Source of the DNA: Bacteroidota bacterium
GTDB taxonomy: Bacteria > Bacteroidota > Bacteroidia > Chitinophagales > Saprospiraceae
Length of the DNA stretch: 64,000 nucleotides
Assembly (NCBI GenBank): GCA_029572935.1
Contig: JAKQHM010000010.1
Span: 10,218 to 74,217, forward strand
Reading direction: 5' to 3'
Of the stretch, positions 28,923 through 39,203 are shown in pieces. Below the pieces are notes generated by a model. The model was not told where the DNA came from. It saw only the letters and a list, made by a program, of their open reading frames with translations, and made no database searches. Numbering within the stretch: position 1 is the stretch's first letter; each line of letters begins with the position of its first letter. Made by a program: the position numbers and the translations under genes.

Positions 28923-29981
28923 ATGGAGAAAATCAAAATCGGAATCACCTGTGGTGATATTAACAGTATCAGCCTGGAGGTGATCCTCAAGTCCCTTTCC
29001 AAGGAAATGATCCTGGATCACATCATACCCGTCCTGTATGGAAACATCAAGATCGTCTCCTATCACAAGAACATAGTCAATCTGGAAAACCTGTCCCTGT
29101 ACGTCTTAAACCCAGGTGAAAAACCCAAGGCCGGAAGGATCAATGTGGTCAATGTGTGGCAGGATCAGGTCACCCTGAATCTGGGCAAACCTTCTGTGGA
29201 GGGAGGCAAGTATGCCCTTATGGCCCTGGATGCAGCTCTGGAGGACTTCAAGAACCAACAGATCGATGCCCTGGTGACAGGCCCGATCCATAAATACAGC
29301 ATGAAGCTGGCCGGGTTCGAATACAAGGGCCATACGGATTACCTCAGTGCCAAAATGGGATCCAAAAATCAGCTGATGATGATGGTCAGCGATAAGCTCA
29401 AAATGGGACTGGTATGCGATCACGTGCCCCTCAAAGAGGTATCGGGTCTCATCACCAAAGAACGCGTCCTCAAGTGCATCCAGATCATGGAGCAATCCCT
29501 TATTAAAGATTTTGGATATGAAAAGCCGGCTATTGCTGTGCTGGGACTGAACCCCCATGCGGGAGAAGAGGGAATTCTGGGTAGCGAAGAAGAGGACTTC
29601 ATACGACCAGCGATTATTGAATCCAAAAAGAATGGCGTTTTTGTTTCAGGACCTTACGCAGCCGATGGATTTTTCGGAAGCGGCCATTTTTCAAAATTCC
29701 ATGGAATTTTGGCCATGTACCACGACCAGGGGCTGATCCCCTTTAAAACCCTGAATTTTTCAGAAGGGGTTAATTACACGGCTGGCCTTCCAATTATCAG
29801 AACCTCTCCCGATCACGGGACGGCATTTGATCTGGCAGGTAAAAATGAATCGGATTTCAGATCGATGTTTCACGCAATCCTGATGGCTAGGAACATCGTC
29901 GCTACCCGCAAGGGCTATCATGAAATGAGGCAGAATCCTTTAAAAAAGAAGCCAAAGCTGTCAGAGGAATCGAGCGAGTAG
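28923..29981 (+). CDS. pdxA: 4-hydroxythreonine-4-phosphate dehydrogenase
   Basis: 352 aa with GHTDYL, LNPHAGEEG and IRTSPDHGTAFDLAGK motifs. Confidence 0.93.
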   Translation: MEKIKIGITCGDINSISLEVILKSLSKEMILDHIIPVLYGNIKIVSYHKNIVNLENLSLYVLNPGEKPKAGRINVVNVWQDQVTLNLGKPSVEGGKYALMALDAALEDFKNQQIDALVTGPIHKYSMKLAGFEYKGHTDYLSAKMGSKNQLMMMVSDKLKMGLVCDHVPLKEVSGLITKERVLKCIQIMEQSLIKDFGYEKPAIAVLGLNPHAGEEGILGSEEEDFIRPAIIESKKNGVFVSGPYAADGFFGSGHFSKFHGILAMYHDQGLIPFKTLNFSEGVNYTAGLPIIRTSPDHGTAFDLAGKNESDFRSMFHAILMARNIVATRKGYHEMRQNPLKKKPKLSEESSE

Positions 29982-30082
29982 GTTATTCACTCCATTATCA
30001 TTCGTCTTAGGTTTGAGATTGGTTTATTGACTCCGACAACCTTGGCACTGCAAAGATAACGAGTCTGAGACATATTTGTTTT

Positions 30083-30880
30083 TTATTTATATAACTTTTT
30101 TCTCTTTCCCTTTCCTTTCTTCCTGGAAGTTTGATTGCTCTCCTGTTTTACTTTCACAGGAATGCCGGGTTTTACGACAGGCCTTTGGATGAGTTGGGGT
30201 GATTTGACAGCCATCGGCTGTGTGGGCTGATGGACTCTTTTCTCAGCCTCCAGCTTAAGCAAATCAAGGCTTAGATCCGATGGAGTCTCCACTTTTGTTT
30301 CGGGTTTGGATGGAGCCTTCAAATCTGCCAGTTGGGCCGCCATCACTTCCTGATCCAGAACATAAAGGTTATATTTTTCAATGGTCTGGATAAGTTTGGT
30401 AGCATAATTGGGATCCGTAGCATAGCCTGCTCTCTTCAAACCATTCGCCCAGCCCTGGTAATCATGTGCAGGGAGACTGAACAAGGACTTATAGCGCGAG
30501 CGGTTCTTTAAAAATTCAGAGTGATCGTAATAGGAATCTTCAGGAGATTGGTACAAGCGAAAACAGGATTGCACCAGATTGCCGGAAGAGTCGCGGTCAT
30601 CATCTACATAAAGATAAGTTCCGCCTTGCCAATTGGCTTTGCATTTAATTCCAAAATGATTGTTGGCATTGACAGCCAGCTCGCTTCGTCCAGCCATGGA
30701 CTCCATGATGCCTTGTGCCATTTTGATGGAGGCGGGAATCCCCGAACGTTTCATCTCCTCCATGGCAATGTTCTTAAAGCGATCCATATATCTCTCCTGG
30801 ACGGTGGCCGGACGGGTATTGATAAAACAAAAACCCAAGACCAAGACAAATACTGATTCCAAAATTCGTTTCATCTTCAT
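30083..30880 (-). CDS. Glucosaminidase-domain protein (mannosyl-glycoprotein endo-beta-N-acetylglucosaminidase-like)
   Basis: 265 aa with a signal peptide. GIPASIKMAQGIMESMAGRSELAVNANNHFGIKC...YATDPNYATKLI is present, followed by a Lys-rich tail. Confidence 0.8.
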   Translation of the reverse strand: MKMKRILESVFVLVLGFCFINTRPATVQERYMDRFKNIAMEEMKRSGIPASIKMAQGIMESMAGRSELAVNANNHFGIKCKANWQGGTYLYVDDDRDSSGNLVQSCFRLYQSPEDSYYDHSEFLKNRSRYKSLFSLPAHDYQGWANGLKRAGYATDPNYATKLIQTIEKYNLYVLDQEVMAAQLADLKAPSKPETKVETPSDLSLDLLKLEAEKRVHQPTQPMAVKSPQLIQRPVVKPGIPVKVKQESNQTSRKKGKGKRKKLYK

Positions 30881-31034
30881 TCCGTTTATACACTTACGGA
30901 TATGGGACTACAAAAATAATACCAATTTTGAAATCAGCAAAAGAAATTTAATACATATGGCACATCATACCAATGTATTACGCTTGTAATAAATATTTAA
31001 TTTGTTTTCGACAATCCCACCGATCTGTGATCCC

Positions 31035-34000
31035 TTACATTTTTACGATCCTGATCTTACCCACCTGACCATCCTGACTCATCCAACTGGCCAGATAGAG
31101 ACCTGGAAGAAGGTCGCCTGCTTCGATCCGGTATTCAGTCAACCCAGGCCGGCAACTAAAGCTCTTCACCACCTTGCCACCGAGGTCAATTATCTGAAAA
31201 TGAAGTGGGGATGAAACGGGTTCTGAGAACCTCAGGGACAAATGATCTGAGAATGGCTGCGGGACCAGGCTCATCCATCCGGAATCTGATACATCCTGAG
31301 TTGAGGTGGCAGCTTCGCGGATCACAATGTTGTCCATCAGGGCAAAATCGCTTTTCTCCTCCTCAGGGGTTCCTGAAGGATCCAGTTCGCCCGTGATGGC
31401 TAGTGTCTGGATTTCCACCAGTTCAGTACCGTCGGGTATGGAAAGGGATATTTTTTCCTGTATCAACTGCCTGCTGGCTTTGCGAATGAATTCAGTCCCA
31501 AGGATCTGGCCCTCTGTATTTCTGAAAATCACTCTGCTGATCACAGCAAATTCGGGATCAATCCCCAGGGTACTGTAATCCTGATCTCCTAATTTTTGAA
31601 TCAGATCAAACTCCAGGAGCGGGTCAGACATTCCCTGGGTCTGGGCACACAAAAATACAGAAGTGACAAAGCGACTGTTGTTGTTCATAAAGGCAGCAGG
31701 ATCGGGATTGGTCCTGATCCGGGTCTGACCATTTGCCTCAAAGGCGGAACTGCCGGAAATGATTAAATAGCCTTCTCTCGGTTGACCGGGACCGGGAATT
31801 TGATGAAGACCAAAAGAATCCGTAAAAATCTGGATCTTTTCCCTGTTGTACGTTCCGTTTGTGAAGCTCTCCGGTTCGTCGCGGAAGGTATAATCAGCAA
31901 ACACGATCTGAAATCCTGCCTGGTTGTTGTTTAAAAAGGTATCTAGCGGCCAGACCAGACGAGCTGCTACCGTTTTGACACCAAAGAAATTTCTGGGTAT
32001 CTGAAAAGCTGAAGGTCTAAGCTGCAAGCCGGGATAGAGCGACCGGTTGGTCGTAAATTCATAGACGGCCAGGCTGTCATCAAATTTCATTTCCATTCTC
32101 AATTTACTGCCTGGAGGCACAACGGTACAGCCATTGTATGCAGCAACCAGGGATGCCCGATAGCCTTCAGCACTGGAAGGACAAGCAGAACCTGTCAGGG
32201 TAATCCGGACTATGTTGAAGTCGTGCTCCGTTGCATTCGGGTTCCGGGATAGCAAAAAAGTATAACGGTTATTGCTTGTGTCGCTGTCGCTGATCCCCTC
32301 CATTCGCACTGTAAACCGGACACCCCCTGCTCTGGTGATGACAGGTCTGGTTGAAAAGTTAAACAGAAAATAATCTCCGGGCGCCAGGCTGCGATCCAGG
32401 GTAAAATTTTCAGATACCGGTGGCAGGTTATCCTGTTGATAGGAAGCGGTAAACTGTGTGCCCGCAGGAATACTGACCGTACAGGAGTGGTTGATCAGCC
32501 TCGTGGGCAAATCCACACTGCCATCTTTACAAACCGTATATAATATCCTATCGGTCACCAGTTGAAGATCGTTCTCATTGGGGCCAGTACCCAATCCGAC
32601 GGCCTTCCATGCTTCAGCTACGTTTTTGTATTGATCTGAACACAGACCCCACCATTGTCCAATCATCTGCATACACAGATTGCGGGCATCCTGATAGGTG
32701 GAAGTTGGGGTCAGGAAATCCCTGAGTAAATGATAGGCAATGAGAGTGGCCGTATCGAAGCCCATGGGCCTCACCTCAAAGGACTGACTGCCTTCGTTGG
32801 TACCCTTTCCGCCTGAACAAAGTAAATAATACCAGTAATTGAGCACGCCGCTGTTGCTGTGCACCCCTCCATTGTCTGAACTGCTGGCTACCCAGGACCT
32901 GCCCCTGTAATATTTGGGATTGCTGAAACGGTTGGGATCCTCCATACTCCTGATGGCGGAGCCTGGGGTGGTGTAGATCTTACCGCCAATGAGCCAGTTG
33001 AAATTGGATTGATCGTAATAATATTCAATGGCCTTTCCAAAGATATCGCTGAAAGCTTCGTTGAGGGCACCTGATTCGTACAAATATTCCAATCCAGCAG
33101 TGAATTGTGTCACTCCGTGAGCGAATTCATGACCGACGATGTCCACGCTGGTGAAAGGAAGAACAGTGGTGCCATTGCCCAGACCAAAGTTCAGTGTTCT
33201 GAGATTGCCATCCCAGAATGCATTGCTGTATTTTCCGGTATCGAGCAAAATAGCCCTCGTGACCAGTCCGGCACCGTTCGCACCAATTCTGCCGTATCTG
33301 TTTTCAAAAAAATCATGAGTGACCTGTAAGCCCCAGAACAGATCATACACACCGTTTTTCTGGTCTGCGGAGCCTGCTTCCCAGTTGTTGTCGTCATCTG
33401 TATAAACCGCGCCATTCACTCCCTGCACCTGAATACCTCCTCCACGACTTTGGTCCCTGGTAACATACAGATTGTTTTCCCGGTCCGTTTCCACATCTTG
33501 CACTCCATGATAGAGTGTGTGCATGGTGCCAGGTTCTCCTGCGCAACTCATCAGGGTATTAATGTCGAGCAAAACACTTCCGTTTCGGGCATCAACGTAC
33601 ATCCTGCGACTTAAATGGGGTTCTTCCAGATGAATGTGCAACTCCCAGGCCAGCATATATGCACCCCCTGCCAATGGATAATTGCGGTTGATCAGGACGA
33701 GGCGATCTTCTGCGTCACTGTGACCGCTCAAATCATTTCTGGAAACAAACGGGATGGCCAAAAATTGCAGAGCTTTGGACTGAGCCGCTTCCCGGCTCAG
33801 AGCCGGGGTGAAAACCTCATCCTGAGGAGGAGCCACCAAGCCATTCACAGAGATCAGTTCTCCGTTTTTCTCGTGCACGATCAGTTGGCCGCCCAGCACG
33901 GGAAAGCCCTGAATCCATTGACTCATCCTGTGGTGACGCACGGCAGATTGATCGGTATAGACCTGCTTTGATTGCCATACTGCATCCATGGGAAAAATTT

Positions 34001-34175
34001 CATGAATGAGCAGGGGGATATCCTTTTCGGAAACCTTTTGGCCTTCCTCAAAACGGACCATCCATTGATCAGAATCCCCAGATGGATTGTTCTCCACATG
34101 ATAACGAAATTGAGCCTGAAGGAATGAGAACAAACCCAGACAAGCCGGCAGAACCAGTAGTAATTTTTTCATCAT
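31035..34175 (-). CDS. M4 (thermolysin-like) zinc metallopeptidase with a long C-terminal extension and a T9SS sorting domain
   Basis: 1046 aa with a signal peptide. The catalytic motifs are VGHEFAHGVT (HExxH), GALNEAFSDIFG and GGVHSNSGV. About 430 aa of beta-rich sequence follows, with CARDB-like strings (SDSDTSNN). The CTD is SLVPQPFSDHLSL...GLYLASW...IRIVKM. Confidence 0.85.
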   Translation of the reverse strand: MMKKLLLVLPACLGLFSFLQAQFRYHVENNPSGDSDQWMVRFEEGQKVSEKDIPLLIHEIFPMDAVWQSKQVYTDQSAVRHHRMSQWIQGFPVLGGQLIVHEKNGELISVNGLVAPPQDEVFTPALSREAAQSKALQFLAIPFVSRNDLSGHSDAEDRLVLINRNYPLAGGAYMLAWELHIHLEEPHLSRRMYVDARNGSVLLDINTLMSCAGEPGTMHTLYHGVQDVETDRENNLYVTRDQSRGGGIQVQGVNGAVYTDDDNNWEAGSADQKNGVYDLFWGLQVTHDFFENRYGRIGANGAGLVTRAILLDTGKYSNAFWDGNLRTLNFGLGNGTTVLPFTSVDIVGHEFAHGVTQFTAGLEYLYESGALNEAFSDIFGKAIEYYYDQSNFNWLIGGKIYTTPGSAIRSMEDPNRFSNPKYYRGRSWVASSSDNGGVHSNSGVLNYWYYLLCSGGKGTNEGSQSFEVRPMGFDTATLIAYHLLRDFLTPTSTYQDARNLCMQMIGQWWGLCSDQYKNVAEAWKAVGLGTGPNENDLQLVTDRILYTVCKDGSVDLPTRLINHSCTVSIPAGTQFTASYQQDNLPPVSENFTLDRSLAPGDYFLFNFSTRPVITRAGGVRFTVRMEGISDSDTSNNRYTFLLSRNPNATEHDFNIVRITLTGSACPSSAEGYRASLVAAYNGCTVVPPGSKLRMEMKFDDSLAVYEFTTNRSLYPGLQLRPSAFQIPRNFFGVKTVAARLVWPLDTFLNNNQAGFQIVFADYTFRDEPESFTNGTYNREKIQIFTDSFGLHQIPGPGQPREGYLIISGSSAFEANGQTRIRTNPDPAAFMNNNSRFVTSVFLCAQTQGMSDPLLEFDLIQKLGDQDYSTLGIDPEFAVISRVIFRNTEGQILGTEFIRKASRQLIQEKISLSIPDGTELVEIQTLAITGELDPSGTPEEEKSDFALMDNIVIREAATSTQDVSDSGWMSLVPQPFSDHLSLRFSEPVSSPLHFQIIDLGGKVVKSFSCRPGLTEYRIEAGDLLPGLYLASWMSQDGQVGKIRIVKM

Positions 34176-34250
34176 CGAAATTAAACAAGTAAAATTACAA
34201 AGGGTTTGCCTGCTACCCGGCTGAAATTTTGATTTCAGAACCTTTTCAGA

Positions 34251-34601
34251 TTAAAATTGTTTGTGGGCACTATGCTCAATCACAACATAACCCGGGCCTC
34301 CTAACAGAGGCCACTTGGTGATCCGGCAGTGAGAAGCCAAAACGGCTGGGCATCTAGCCAGTATTTCTCCATTGATCCTGCAAGCCAGATTTTCAATCAG
34401 GCCTTCATATTGGTTCATACATGCCTTGACCAGAGCATAAACTTCGACGTAATCAGCCGTCTGATCCAGAGTCAGAGCCGGACCTGAAGAGGCCAGTTCC
34501 AATCGAAGGTCCACAACAAAGTCCTGAGGAACGGATTGTTCCAGTGGATATAAGCCATGACAAACATTAAATTTAAGATCTTTGAGTTCGAGGGTCAACA
34601 T
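34251..34601 (-). CDS. folB: Dihydroneopterin aldolase
   Basis: 116 aa, MLTLELKDLKFNVCHGLYPLEQSVPQDFVVDLRLE...DYVEVYALV. Confidence 0.8.
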   Translation of the reverse strand: MLTLELKDLKFNVCHGLYPLEQSVPQDFVVDLRLELASSGPALTLDQTADYVEVYALVKACMNQYEGLIENLACRINGEILARCPAVLASHCRITKWPLLGGPGYVVIEHSAHKQF

Positions 34602-34692
34602 ATTTCTTATTCAGGGCCAATGATAAGAAAATTTACATTCGTGTCAGGCATTTCCACGTTGATTTCAAATTATATTTTTCCATAATATGAGT

Positions 34693-34700
34693 TACCTTTG
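34693..34700 (+). promoter_or_regulatory. -7 promoter box (TACCTTTG) upstream of parE
   Basis: It lies 20 nt before the ATG at 34721. Confidence 0.45.
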
Positions 34701-34720
34701 TCCTCTCAAACAACTGTCCT

Positions 34721-36607
34721 ATGGCACTACAGCATAATTATACGGAGGAAAACATCCGGTCACTGGATTGGCGCGAGCACATCCGACTGAGACCCGGTAT
34801 GTATATTGGTAAATTGGGAGATGGCAGTCACATAGATGACGGGATTTATATTCTGCTGAAAGAGGTGATAGACAATTGTATCGATGAATTTGTGATGGGG
34901 TATGGACGTGAGATCGAGATTGAGATTCAGGATGGTTCTGTCAGGGTCCGGGATTATGGTCGCGGGATCCCTCTCGGAAAAGTGGTGGAATGCGTCTCCC
35001 AGATCAATACAGGAGGAAAGTATGATTCCAAGGCTTTCAAAAAATCGGTCGGTCTGAACGGGGTCGGTACCAAGGCCGTCAATGCGCTATCAGATTATTT
35101 CAAGGTACAGGCTGTCCGCGATTACAAGGTAAAGACAGCTGAGTTCGAACGCGGATACCTTACCAAGGAATACAACCTCAAAAACACGGATGAGGCAAAT
35201 GGGACCCAGATAGAATTTCATCCGGATCCCAAGATCTTTCCCAAGTTTAAATTCATGCATGAATTTATCGAGAGCAGGATCTGGAATTATGCTTACCTCA
35301 ATGCAGGCCTCAGGATCCACTACAACGGCAAGACCTATGTATCCAAAAATGGTTTGAAGGACATGCTGGAACGCCGCACAGAAGGAGAATCTTTAAATTA
35401 TCCCGTCATCCATCTGAAAGGTGAGGATATAGAGGCCGTGATCACGCACGGTTCCCAATATGGCGAGCAGTATTACAGCTATGTGAATGGTCAGTATACC
35501 TCCATGGGTGGGACCCATCTCAATTTTTTCAGAGAAGCCATTGTCAAAACAGTCCGGGACTTTTATAAAAAGGATTTCGATGTAAAGGATATCCACACAG
35601 GCATCATCGGTGCCATCTCTGTGAGGATCGAAGAACCGGTTTTTGAATCACAGACCAAAACCAAGCTGGGATCTACCACCACTTCACCTGATGGTGCTTC
35701 ATTGCGATCCTTTATCGTGGATTTTATCAGCAAGGAACTGGACAATTACCTGCATAAGAATCCTGAAACGGCCAAGGAAATGCTGAGCCGTATCCTGCAG
35801 TCAGAGCGCGAGCGCAAGGAAATCGCTGGAATAAAAAAACTTGCCAACCAGCGCGCCAAAAAAGCAAACCTGCACAATAAAAAACTAAGGGATTGCAGAT
35901 TTCATCTCACGGACGCGAAAGCCAAACCGGAGGTAATTGAAAATACCACCCTTTTCATTACGGAAGGGGACTCGGCCAGTGGTTCCATCACCAAATCCCG
36001 CAACGTAGAATACCAGGCGGTGTTCAGCCTCAGGGGTAAACCGCTCAACTGTTTTGGCATGTCCAAAAAAATCGTGTACGAAAACGAAGAATTGAATCTG
36101 TTGCAGCATGCACTGGACATTGAAGATGGCATTGAAAACCTCCGGTTCAACAAAGTGGTGATTGCCACAGATGCAGATGTGGATGGCATGCACATCAGAC
36201 TTTTGTTGCTTACCTTCTTTTTACAATTTTTCCCGGAGCTTGTCAGACGAGGTCATTTGTATATCCTGGACACCCCTCTCTTCAGGGTCAGGGATAAAAA
36301 ACAAACCTTCTACTGTTATTCGGAAAGTGAAAAACAGAATGCCATCAAGGCACTGCGCGGCAAAGCAGAAATCACTCGATTCAAAGGATTGGGCGAAATA
36401 TCTCCCGAGGAATTCGGAAGATTCATTGGACCCGACATGCGCCTGGAATCTGTGGTACTGAACGAAGACTCGCATATTGAAACCATACTCGGCTATTACA
36501 TGGGCAAGAACACGCCGGATCGTCAGGATTTCATCATCAACAGGCTGCGGGTAGATCTGGATCAGATCAGGCCAGAGGAAGTAGAGCTGATGGCAGAAGA
36601 AGCCTGA
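34721..36607 (+). CDS. parE: DNA topoisomerase IV subunit B (type IIA topoisomerase ATPase/TOPRIM subunit)
   Basis: 628 aa with [29 protein letters not shown], a GHKL ATPase (GLNGVG) and TOPRIM motifs EGDSA and [11 protein letters not shown]. The length and N-terminus fit Bacteroidota ParE rather than GyrB. Confidence 0.8.
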   Translation: MALQHNYTEENIRSLDWREHIRLRPGMYIGKLGDGSHIDDGIYILLKEVIDNCIDEFVMGYGREIEIEIQDGSVRVRDYGRGIPLGKVVECVSQINTGGKYDSKAFKKSVGLNGVGTKAVNALSDYFKVQAVRDYKVKTAEFERGYLTKEYNLKNTDEANGTQIEFHPDPKIFPKFKFMHEFIESRIWNYAYLNAGLRIHYNGKTYVSKNGLKDMLERRTEGESLNYPVIHLKGEDIEAVITHGSQYGEQYYSYVNGQYTSMGGTHLNFFREAIVKTVRDFYKKDFDVKDIHTGIIGAISVRIEEPVFESQTKTKLGSTTTSPDGASLRSFIVDFISKELDNYLHKNPETAKEMLSRILQSERERKEIAGIKKLANQRAKKANLHNKKLRDCRFHLTDAKAKPEVIENTTLFITEGDSASGSITKSRNVEYQAVFSLRGKPLNCFGMSKKIVYENEELNLLQHALDIEDGIENLRFNKVVIATDADVDGMHIRLLLLTFFLQFFPELVRRGHLYILDTPLFRVRDKKQTFYCYSESEKQNAIKALRGKAEITRFKGLGEISPEEFGRFIGPDMRLESVVLNEDSHIETILGYYMGKNTPDRQDFIINRLRVDLDQIRPEEVELMAEEA

Positions 36608-36709
36608 GGTGACTTGAGTGGCAACTGAAATACTCAGCATGGGAAAGGGTATGAATCCACTTTAAGTTCATCACCCGTTGTTTTTTGACCTTCCTTAGTG
36701 GACTGTCCG

Positions 36710-36717
36710 TATTTTTG
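36710..36717 (+). promoter_or_regulatory. -7 promoter box (TATTTTTG) 4 nt before the aminotransferase ATG
   Basis: TATTTTTG-TGAG-ATG (ATG at 36722), a leaderless-type spacing. Confidence 0.45.
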
Positions 36718-36721
36718 TGAG

Positions 36722-38218
36722 ATGGAAAACCACTTCAGGAAATTCAGAGAGGGCATTATCGGTATCGATCACAGTTTCGTCAACCCCTATGGAGAGACCA
36801 AAAGAATCGTATATGCTGACTGGACAGCCAGTGGCAGGATGTATGCACCTATAGAGCGCACCTTCCTCGAAGAAATCTATCCCTACGTGGCCAACACCCA
36901 CACGGAAACCAACAGTACGGGCAAACTGATGACCCAGGCTTATCATGAAGCCTTGCATACGATCAAAAAGCATGTCCACGCTTGCCCCGAAGATGTGATC
37001 ATTTCTTCGGATTCCGGCATGACCGGGGTCGTCAATAAATTTCAGAGAATCCTGGGCCTGAGGATACACGAAAAATTCAAACCCCTCGTGAATCTGAAAG
37101 AGGAGGAGCGACCGGTGGTGTTCATCACGCACATGGAACATCATTCCAATCAGACGAGCTGGCTGGAAACCCTGGCAGATGTGGAAATCATCAGGCCTGA
37201 TGAAAACGGACTGGTCGATCTCGGGCATTTTGCTGAATTGCTCCAGCGGTACCGCAACAGGGAATTCAAGATCGCAGCTGTGACTGCATGTTCCAACGTG
37301 ACCGGCATTCAGACGCCCTATCACACCATCGCCAGGATGATCCACAAGGAAGGAGGCTGTTGCTTTGTCGATTTTGCGTGCAGCGCTCCTTATGTTTCCA
37401 TCGACATGCATCCACCTGCCGAAGGCGAACACCTGGATGCGATCTACTTTTCTCCGCACAAATTCCTGGGAGGTCCGGGTTCGACAGGTATCCTCATTTT
37501 TCACAAGAAATTTTATAAAAACCGCATTCCAGACCATCCGGGAGGCGGGACCGTACTCTGGACCAATCCATGGGGTGAGCACCGCTATTACGACGATATA
37601 GAATCGAGGGAGGATGGTGGCACACCAGCCTTTTTGCAAACCATTCGGGCTGCACTGGCTGTAAAATTGAAAGAAGAAATGGGAGTAGATCCCATCCGGG
37701 AGCGAGAGCAATCCATGGTGGCCAGGATCTGGCCTGAGATCAATTCCATTCCGGGCCTGCATGTGCTTGAACCCGAAAAAGATCATCGACTGCCCGTTAT
37801 TTCATTTTATATCGATGGCCTGCATTACAACATGGGTGTGAAATTGCTCAACGACCGGTTCGGCATCCAGGTACGAGGAGGCTGCTCTTGCGCCGGCACC
37901 TACGGTCATTACCTTCTTCACATCGAAAGAGAATATTCTCATCATGTAACCTGTTTGATTGACCAGGGCAACTTTTCTGAAAAAGCCGGTTGGATCCGCA
38001 TGTCCCTGCACCCCACCAATACCGAAGAGGAAATGGACTTCATACTCGAAGCGATACGGGAACTCGCCCGCAAACATGCATCCTGGAGCGATGACTACCG
38101 CCTCGACAGAATCAACAATGAGATCTCATTTAAGAATCCAAACAGGGACAACTGGTCTTCCGAAAGGATAAAAGGACTCTTTCATTCTGAAAAAGCCCCA
38201 GTCATTCATAATTTATAG
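36722..38218 (+). CDS. Aminotransferase class V-fold PLP-dependent enzyme (cysteine desulfurase/selenocysteine lyase-like)
   Basis: Start at the internal ATG 36722 (MENHFRKFREGIIGID). The PLP-lysine context is YFSPHKFLGGPGSTGILIF and HHSN is present. Confidence 0.8.
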   Translation: MENHFRKFREGIIGIDHSFVNPYGETKRIVYADWTASGRMYAPIERTFLEEIYPYVANTHTETNSTGKLMTQAYHEALHTIKKHVHACPEDVIISSDSGMTGVVNKFQRILGLRIHEKFKPLVNLKEEERPVVFITHMEHHSNQTSWLETLADVEIIRPDENGLVDLGHFAELLQRYRNREFKIAAVTACSNVTGIQTPYHTIARMIHKEGGCCFVDFACSAPYVSIDMHPPAEGEHLDAIYFSPHKFLGGPGSTGILIFHKKFYKNRIPDHPGGGTVLWTNPWGEHRYYDDIESREDGGTPAFLQTIRAALAVKLKEEMGVDPIREREQSMVARIWPEINSIPGLHVLEPEKDHRLPVISFYIDGLHYNMGVKLLNDRFGIQVRGGCSCAGTYGHYLLHIEREYSHHVTCLIDQGNFSEKAGWIRMSLHPTNTEEEMDFILEAIRELARKHASWSDDYRLDRINNEISFKNPNRDNWSSERIKGLFHSEKAPVIHNL

Positions 38219-38605
38219 GTGATTGGCAATGGCCTTTGCTGTAGCAGCCATTTCGTCATCTGAAATTTTGACCCTTTCATTGGAAAAGTTCAGATCGCTG
38301 ATCTGATTCAGCGGCACCAAATGAACATGAGCATGAGGTACTTCCAGACCTATTACAGCCATGCCCACCTTGATACAGGGTACTTCTTTCTTAATGGCAA
38401 GCGCAATCCTTGATGCGAAATGCATTAATTCGTTATAATCCTGAGTCTCGAGATCAAAAATGTAGTCAACCTCCTTTTTCGGAACGACCAGGACATGCCC
38501 TTTGGCCAATGGTCTGACATCCAGAAAGGCAAAACAGGAATCATTCTCAGCTACCTTAAAACAAGGAATCTCTCCCCTGATGATGCGGGTAAATATCGAG
38601 GACAT
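38213..38605 (-). CDS. HIT family protein (histidine triad nucleotide-binding)
   Basis: Start at ATG 38605 (MSSIFTRIIRGEIP), directly after the greA stop. The HIT motif is HAHVHLVP. Confidence 0.9.
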   Translation of the reverse strand: MSSIFTRIIRGEIPCFKVAENDSCFAFLDVRPLAKGHVLVVPKKEVDYIFDLETQDYNELMHFASRIALAIKKEVPCIKVGMAVIGLEVPHAHVHLVPLNQISDLNFSNERVKISDDEMAATAKAIANHL

Positions 38606-38606
38606 A

Positions 38607-39080
38607 TCAGGCAGTAATTTCAAGTATTTCAAATGTCATCAATCCGGCAGGCGTCTGTATGTTTGCTGTATCTCCCACCTTTTTCCCCAGCAGTCCCTGT
38701 CCGATGGGTGAAGTGGCAGAAATTTTCATGACCTTCAGATCGGCTTCGGCTTCAGAGACAATTTTGTAAACCACTTCTTTTTTAGTTTTGTGATTGAGCA
38801 CTCTTACATTGGTCATGAGTACGACCTTTGAGGTGTCGATCGATGACTCGTCTATGATGCGGACATTGGCCAGTTTTTTCTCCAGGTCGTTTATTTTTAA
38901 TTCGAGCATGCCCTGAGCGTCTTTGGCGGCATGATATTCGGCATTTTCAGAGAGGTCACCCTTTTCCCTCGCTTCGGCTATTGCCCTGGCAACATCCTGT
39001 CTGCCGGTGGTCTTCAGAGTATCCAGTTCGGATTTCATTTTGTCGTAACCTTCCTGGGTCAAATAGTTGATTCCAGACAT
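38607..39080 (-). CDS. greA: Transcription elongation factor GreA
   Basis: 157 aa, YLTQEGYDKMKSELDTLKTTGRQDVARAIAEAREKGDLSENAEYHAAKD. Confidence 0.95.
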   Translation of the reverse strand: MSGINYLTQEGYDKMKSELDTLKTTGRQDVARAIAEAREKGDLSENAEYHAAKDAQGMLELKINDLEKKLANVRIIDESSIDTSKVVLMTNVRVLNHKTKKEVVYKIVSEAEADLKVMKISATSPIGQGLLGKKVGDTANIQTPAGLMTFEILEITA

Positions 39081-39100
39081 CTTTGATTGGTTTTATTGTA

Positions 39101-39141
39101 AAAAATAAAGAACGTTTCCCGTCGGTGACAGAAAACGTTCT
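39101..39141 (-). terminator. Intrinsic terminator closing the 48098-39204 operon
   Basis: AGAACGTTT (39109-39117) pairs with AAACGTTCT (39133-39141) around a 15-nt loop. On the minus strand it is followed by TTATTTTT. Confidence 0.65.
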
Positions 39142-39203
39142 TGACGTTATCTAATTAACTAATAACTTAATTCAGATCCATTTGGTTCCGCTTGAGACCA
39201 GAA

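Noticed and set aside
30047-30054. A TATCTTTG box on the minus strand between the pdxA stop and the glucosaminidase gene stop
   Set aside because: It would fire antisense into the pdxA 3' end with no downstream gene. It is within the number of chance matches expected for this motif, about 30 in the window over both strands.
36695-37786. A 363-aa minus-strand ORF opposite the class V aminotransferase gene
   Set aside because: It is the antisense shadow of a gene with clear PLP-enzyme motifs and has no motifs of its own. The same reasoning applies to 5469-6467 and 4650-5372 (opposite carB). It also applies to 54111-54695 and 54765-55325 (opposite the proline dehydrogenase gene).
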